The notes under the pieces: model-generated
What the model was told of the DNA's origin: nothing
The model's database searches: none
Seen by the model: the letters and a program-made list of their open reading frames with translations, nothing else
Made by a program: the position numbers and the translations under genes
Assembly (NCBI GenBank): GCA_946415705.1
Contig: CAMKTN010000004.1
Coordinates: forward strand, 20,102 to 84,101
DNA from: an uncultured Prevotellaceae bacterium
Lineage (GTDB): Bacteria; Bacteroidota; Bacteroidia; Bacteroidales; Bacteroidaceae
Direction of reading: 5' to 3'
DNA length: 64,000 bases
Part shown: positions 61,876 to 64,000 of the stretch, one piece after another
Layout of the letters: each line of letters starts with the position of its first letter
Position numbering within the stretch: position 1 is the first letter of the stretch

Positions 61876-62982
61876 TTAGAATTTCTCGCGGTATTTACCT
61901 TCGTTCTCGTCCTCGAGCATGGAGAGGTAGGAACGATAACGGCTCTCGGCAATCTCGTGGTTGTCGAGGGCTTTTAGTACGGCACAGCCGGGCTCGTGGG
62001 TATGGGTGCAGTTGCTGAAGCGGCAGTCGTGGCCAATCTGGAAGATCTCGCGGAAGTAGTGGGAGACCTCCTCGCGTTCGAAGTCGAAGGTGCCGAAGCC
62101 GCGGATGCCGGGGGTGTCTATTATATAGCCCTCGGGAGAACCCTCGGGAACCGTAATGGAACCCTCGGGAACCGTAATGGAACCCTCGGGAACCGTAATG
62201 GAGCCCTCGGGAACGGTAATGGCCCCCCCTCCTAGCTCGTACATTTCGGAGAAGGTGGTGGTGTGCTGGCCTTGGTCGTGGGCTTCGCTGAGGGGGGCTA
62301 TCTTGGCGCGGGCGTCGGGAATGAGGCGGTTGAGGAGGGTGCTCTTGCCGACACCGCTGTTGCCGCTGAAAAGGGTGGTCTTGCCTTGGAGATAGGGGAG
62401 AAGAGGACCGGGGCCTTCGGGAGAACCTTCGGGAGAACCCTCAGGAACCGTAATGGGACCCTCAGGAACCGTAATGCCCTCCCCGGTTTCGGCGGAGACG
62501 GGGAAGCAGGGGTAGCCGAGGTGGCGGTAGAGGGCCATGACGGCTTCGAGGTAGCGGCGCTCGTCGGCGTCATAGAGATCGACCTTGTTGAAGATGAGGG
62601 CGACGGGAACGCGGTAGGCTTCCGCGGAGGCGAGGAAGCGGTCGATGAAGGTGGTGTTGGTCTCGGGGTGCGCGATGGTGACAACCAAGCAGGCCAGATC
62701 GACGTTGGCAGCGATGATGTGGCTTTGCTTGGAGAGGTTGGAGGCACGGCGGATAATGTAGTTGCGGCGGTCGTGAATCTCCGTGATCAGTCCCGTCTTG
62801 TCTGAGGCATTGGCCTCGGACAAGGCGGGCTTGAACTCTACGCGGTCGCCGACGGCCACGGGGTTGGTGCTGCGGATGCCACGGAGGCGGAAATTGCCCT
62901 TGACCTTACATGCAAAAAGCTGGCCGTCGTCCGTGCGGACGTCGTACCAGCTTCCTGTATTTCTAATGACCAGCCCCGTCAT
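61876..62982 (-). CDS. rsgA: Ribosome small-subunit-dependent GTPase A
   Basis: 368 aa. OB-fold N-terminus, a circularly permuted G domain ([26 protein letters not shown]) and the zinc motif [14 protein letters not shown]. Two in-frame 21-nt repeat insertions. Confidence 0.9.
   Translation of the reverse strand: MTGLVIRNTGSWYDVRTDDGQLFACKVKGNFRLRGIRSTNPVAVGDRVEFKPALSEANASDKTGLITEIHDRRNYIIRRASNLSKQSHIIAANVDLACLVVTIAHPETNTTFIDRFLASAEAYRVPVALIFNKVDLYDADERRYLEAVMALYRHLGYPCFPVSAETGEGITVPEGPITVPEGSPEGSPEGPGPLLPYLQGKTTLFSGNSGVGKSTLLNRLIPDARAKIAPLSEAHDQGQHTTTFSEMYELGGGAITVPEGSITVPEGSITVPEGSITVPEGSPEGYIIDTPGIRGFGTFDFEREEVSHYFREIFQIGHDCRFSNCTHTHEPGCAVLKALDNHEIAESRYRSYLSMLEDENEGKYREKF
62129..62222. repeat. 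21-nt tandem repeat (GGAACCCTCGGGAACCGTAAT, about 4 units) in frame in rsgA
   Basis: Encodes [31 protein letters not shown] between ELGGGA and YIIDTPG. Confidence 0.9.
62413..62476. repeat. Second block of the same 21-nt repeat family in frame in rsgA
   Basis: Encodes [21 protein letters not shown] between VSAETGEG and the P-loop region. Confidence 0.85.
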
Positions 62983-63542
62983 TACACGGTCATGATCTCC
63001 TTCTCCTTGGCGGCGAGGAGGGTGTCAATCTGCTTGATGTACTTGTCGTGCATCTTCTGGAGGTCGGCCTCGCCGTCCTTCTGGAAGTCCTCGCTGAGAC
63101 CTTCCTTGACGGCCTTCTTGAGGCCTTCGATGCCATCGCGGCGGGCATTGCGGACGCTCATCTTGGCGTTCTCGCCTTCCTTGCCGCACTGCTTGGCGAG
63201 CTGCTTACGGCGCTCCTCGGTGAGGGGCGGTATGCCGATGCGGATGATCTCGCCGTTGTTCTCGGGCATAATGCCGAGGTCGCTGTTGATAATGGCTTTC
63301 TCAATGACCTTGAACATGGATTTGTCCCAGGGCTTGATGGCGATGGTACGCGCATCCGGGGTGTTGACGGCGGCACACTGATTGATGGGCACCATGGCAC
63401 CGTAGTTGTCAACGCGGATGTTGTCGAGCAGACGGATGTTGGCTTTGCCTGCGCGGATGTGTGAGAGTGCATCTTCAAGATACATCACGGCCTCTTCCAT
63501 ACGCTCCTCGGCGGCGGAGAGGATTTCTTTCATGTCGGGCAT
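62982..63542 (-). CDS. frr: Ribosome recycling factor
   Basis: 186 aa. [50 protein letters not shown]. Confidence 0.95.
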   Translation of the reverse strand: MPDMKEILSAAEERMEEAVMYLEDALSHIRAGKANIRLLDNIRVDNYGAMVPINQCAAVNTPDARTIAIKPWDKSMFKVIEKAIINSDLGIMPENNGEIIRIGIPPLTEERRKQLAKQCGKEGENAKMSVRNARRDGIEGLKKAVKEGLSEDFQKDGEADLQKMHDKYIKQIDTLLAAKEKEIMTV

Positions 63543-63547
63543 ACTAT

Positions 63548-63605
63548 GTTTAGTTTAATGTTTAAGGTTTAATGTTTAAGGAGGGTTTAAGGTTTAAAGT
63601 TGAGG
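63548..63605. repeat. Degenerate 8-nt tandem array (GTTTAATG / GTTTAAGG units)
   Basis: gtttagtttaatgtttaaggtttaatgtttaaggagggtttaaggtttaaagttgagg lies immediately upstream of the frr start. Confidence 0.85.
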
Positions 63606-63709
63606 ACAAAGATAGGGACTTTGGCTGATATAACAAGCCGTTTCGTAGAAAAAACGCAGAAAAAACATAAAAACTTCCAACTTTCAACGACCAAGTATCA
63701 ACTTTTACA

Positions 63710-63717
63710 TATATTTG
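63710..63717 (+). promoter_or_regulatory. -7 promoter box TATATTTG
   Basis: 25 nt upstream of the ATG at 63742. Confidence 0.4.
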
Positions 63718-63741
63718 CACCGAAAATGGACGCTTTTCGAC

Positions 63742-63999
63742 ATGGCAAGCATTGATACGAACATACAATCGTGGCTGGCACAGCTGGATCCTATCTCGTT
63801 GGACGAGATGGGGAGTATTAAGTTGATGAACCGCACAGACACTAAGTTCGTGACGAATAAGCGTAAGCTGGCCCGTCTGCTGGAGCTGGCGCAAGGCAAA
63901 TATTACGCGCAGCAGATTGATGGCGCACGCATTGCCAACTATCGTACGGTTTATTGGGACACGCCCGAGCATCGTTTCTTCCTGGAGCACCATAACAAG
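63742..63999 (+). CDS. VTC-domain (polyphosphate-polymerase-like) protein, N-terminal part (runs off right edge)
   Basis: My own translation gives MASIDTNIQSWLAQLDPISLDEMGSIKLMNRTDTKFV...YRTVYWDTPEHRFFLEHHNK. The R.D.KF ... Y.s.YfDT..h.f.l.HH.g pattern is typical of VTC domains. Confidence 0.65.
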   Translation, partial: MASIDTNIQSWLAQLDPISLDEMGSIKLMNRTDTKFVTNKRKLARLLELAQGKYYAQQIDGARIANYRTVYWDTPEHRFFLEHHNK

Positions 64000-64000
64000 C

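Noticed and set aside
61140-61952. 270-aa minus-strand ORF covering the OMP-like gene and part of the 22-bp array
   Set aside because: Arg/Val/His-rich antisense-type translation that starts inside rsgA-proximal DNA and crosses the repeat array. The plus-strand beta-rich ORF is more plausible.
6456-63605. Tandem arrays as CRISPR arrays
   Set aside because: Units are 8-22 nt and directly abut each other with no unique spacers. No cas genes are present.
1-64000. tRNA, rRNA, transposase, integrase or prophage genes
   Set aside because: I saw no cloverleaf-like conserved tRNA boxes, no rRNA-like stretches and no ORF with DDE, tyrosine- or serine-recombinase motifs. Small RNAs cannot be excluded without covariance-model searches.

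Overview
64-kb chromosomal segment that looks like a Bacteroidota genome, probably Prevotella/Segatella-like. This is inferred from TAnnTTTG -7 boxes, the absence of Shine-Dalgarno sites, many lipoprotein signals, an OmpH-BamA-UppS block and a UpxY-type capsule locus. All calls come from reading motifs in the ORF translations; no database search was run.

Layout:
- Left flank (1-19.7 kb): an ECF sigma operon, bcp plus an MGMT-like gene, and small lipoproteins. Then tatA-tatC followed by a NapH/NapG-like polyferredoxin and a Tat-exported Fe-S aldo/keto reductase. Then murI, three ompH/skp genes, bamA, uppS, ribD and prmC.
- Accessory block (19.8-53.3 kb): a VirE/VapE-like gene and a 950-bp ORF-free control region. 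After that comes a roughly 30-kb capsule/EPS locus. It holds a NusG/UpxY-like gene, wza, a wzc-like gene and the WbpB/E/D/I-type di-N-acetyl-uronic acid enzymes. It also holds glycosyltransferases, wzx, a wzy-like gene, an amidotransferase, an MBOAT O-acylation module and two LruC-domain lipoproteins.
- Right flank: a FISUMP-like lipoprotein, four consecutive Cache/HAMP/TPR sensor proteins with no phospho-acceptor His, then rsgA, frr and a VTC-domain gene.

Most unusual signals:
1. A family of degenerate 8-9-nt tandem arrays. They fill many gene junctions and also sit in frame inside prmC and the FAD/Fe-S oxidase. Related 21-22-nt arrays occur in rsgA and upstream of an OMP-like gene.
2. A GC-rich hairpin element inserted in frame in tatC, the polyferredoxin, bamA and the oxidase.
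3. Three 22-bp-spaced palindromes upstream of the VirE-like gene.
4. A YdiJ-like FAD/Fe-S dehydrogenase next to the WbpB homologue, possibly recycling 2-hydroxyglutarate.
5. A predicted periplasmic redox module made of the Tat system, a NapGH-like protein and the aldo/keto reductase.

No rRNA, tRNA, CRISPR array, transposase or integrase was seen.
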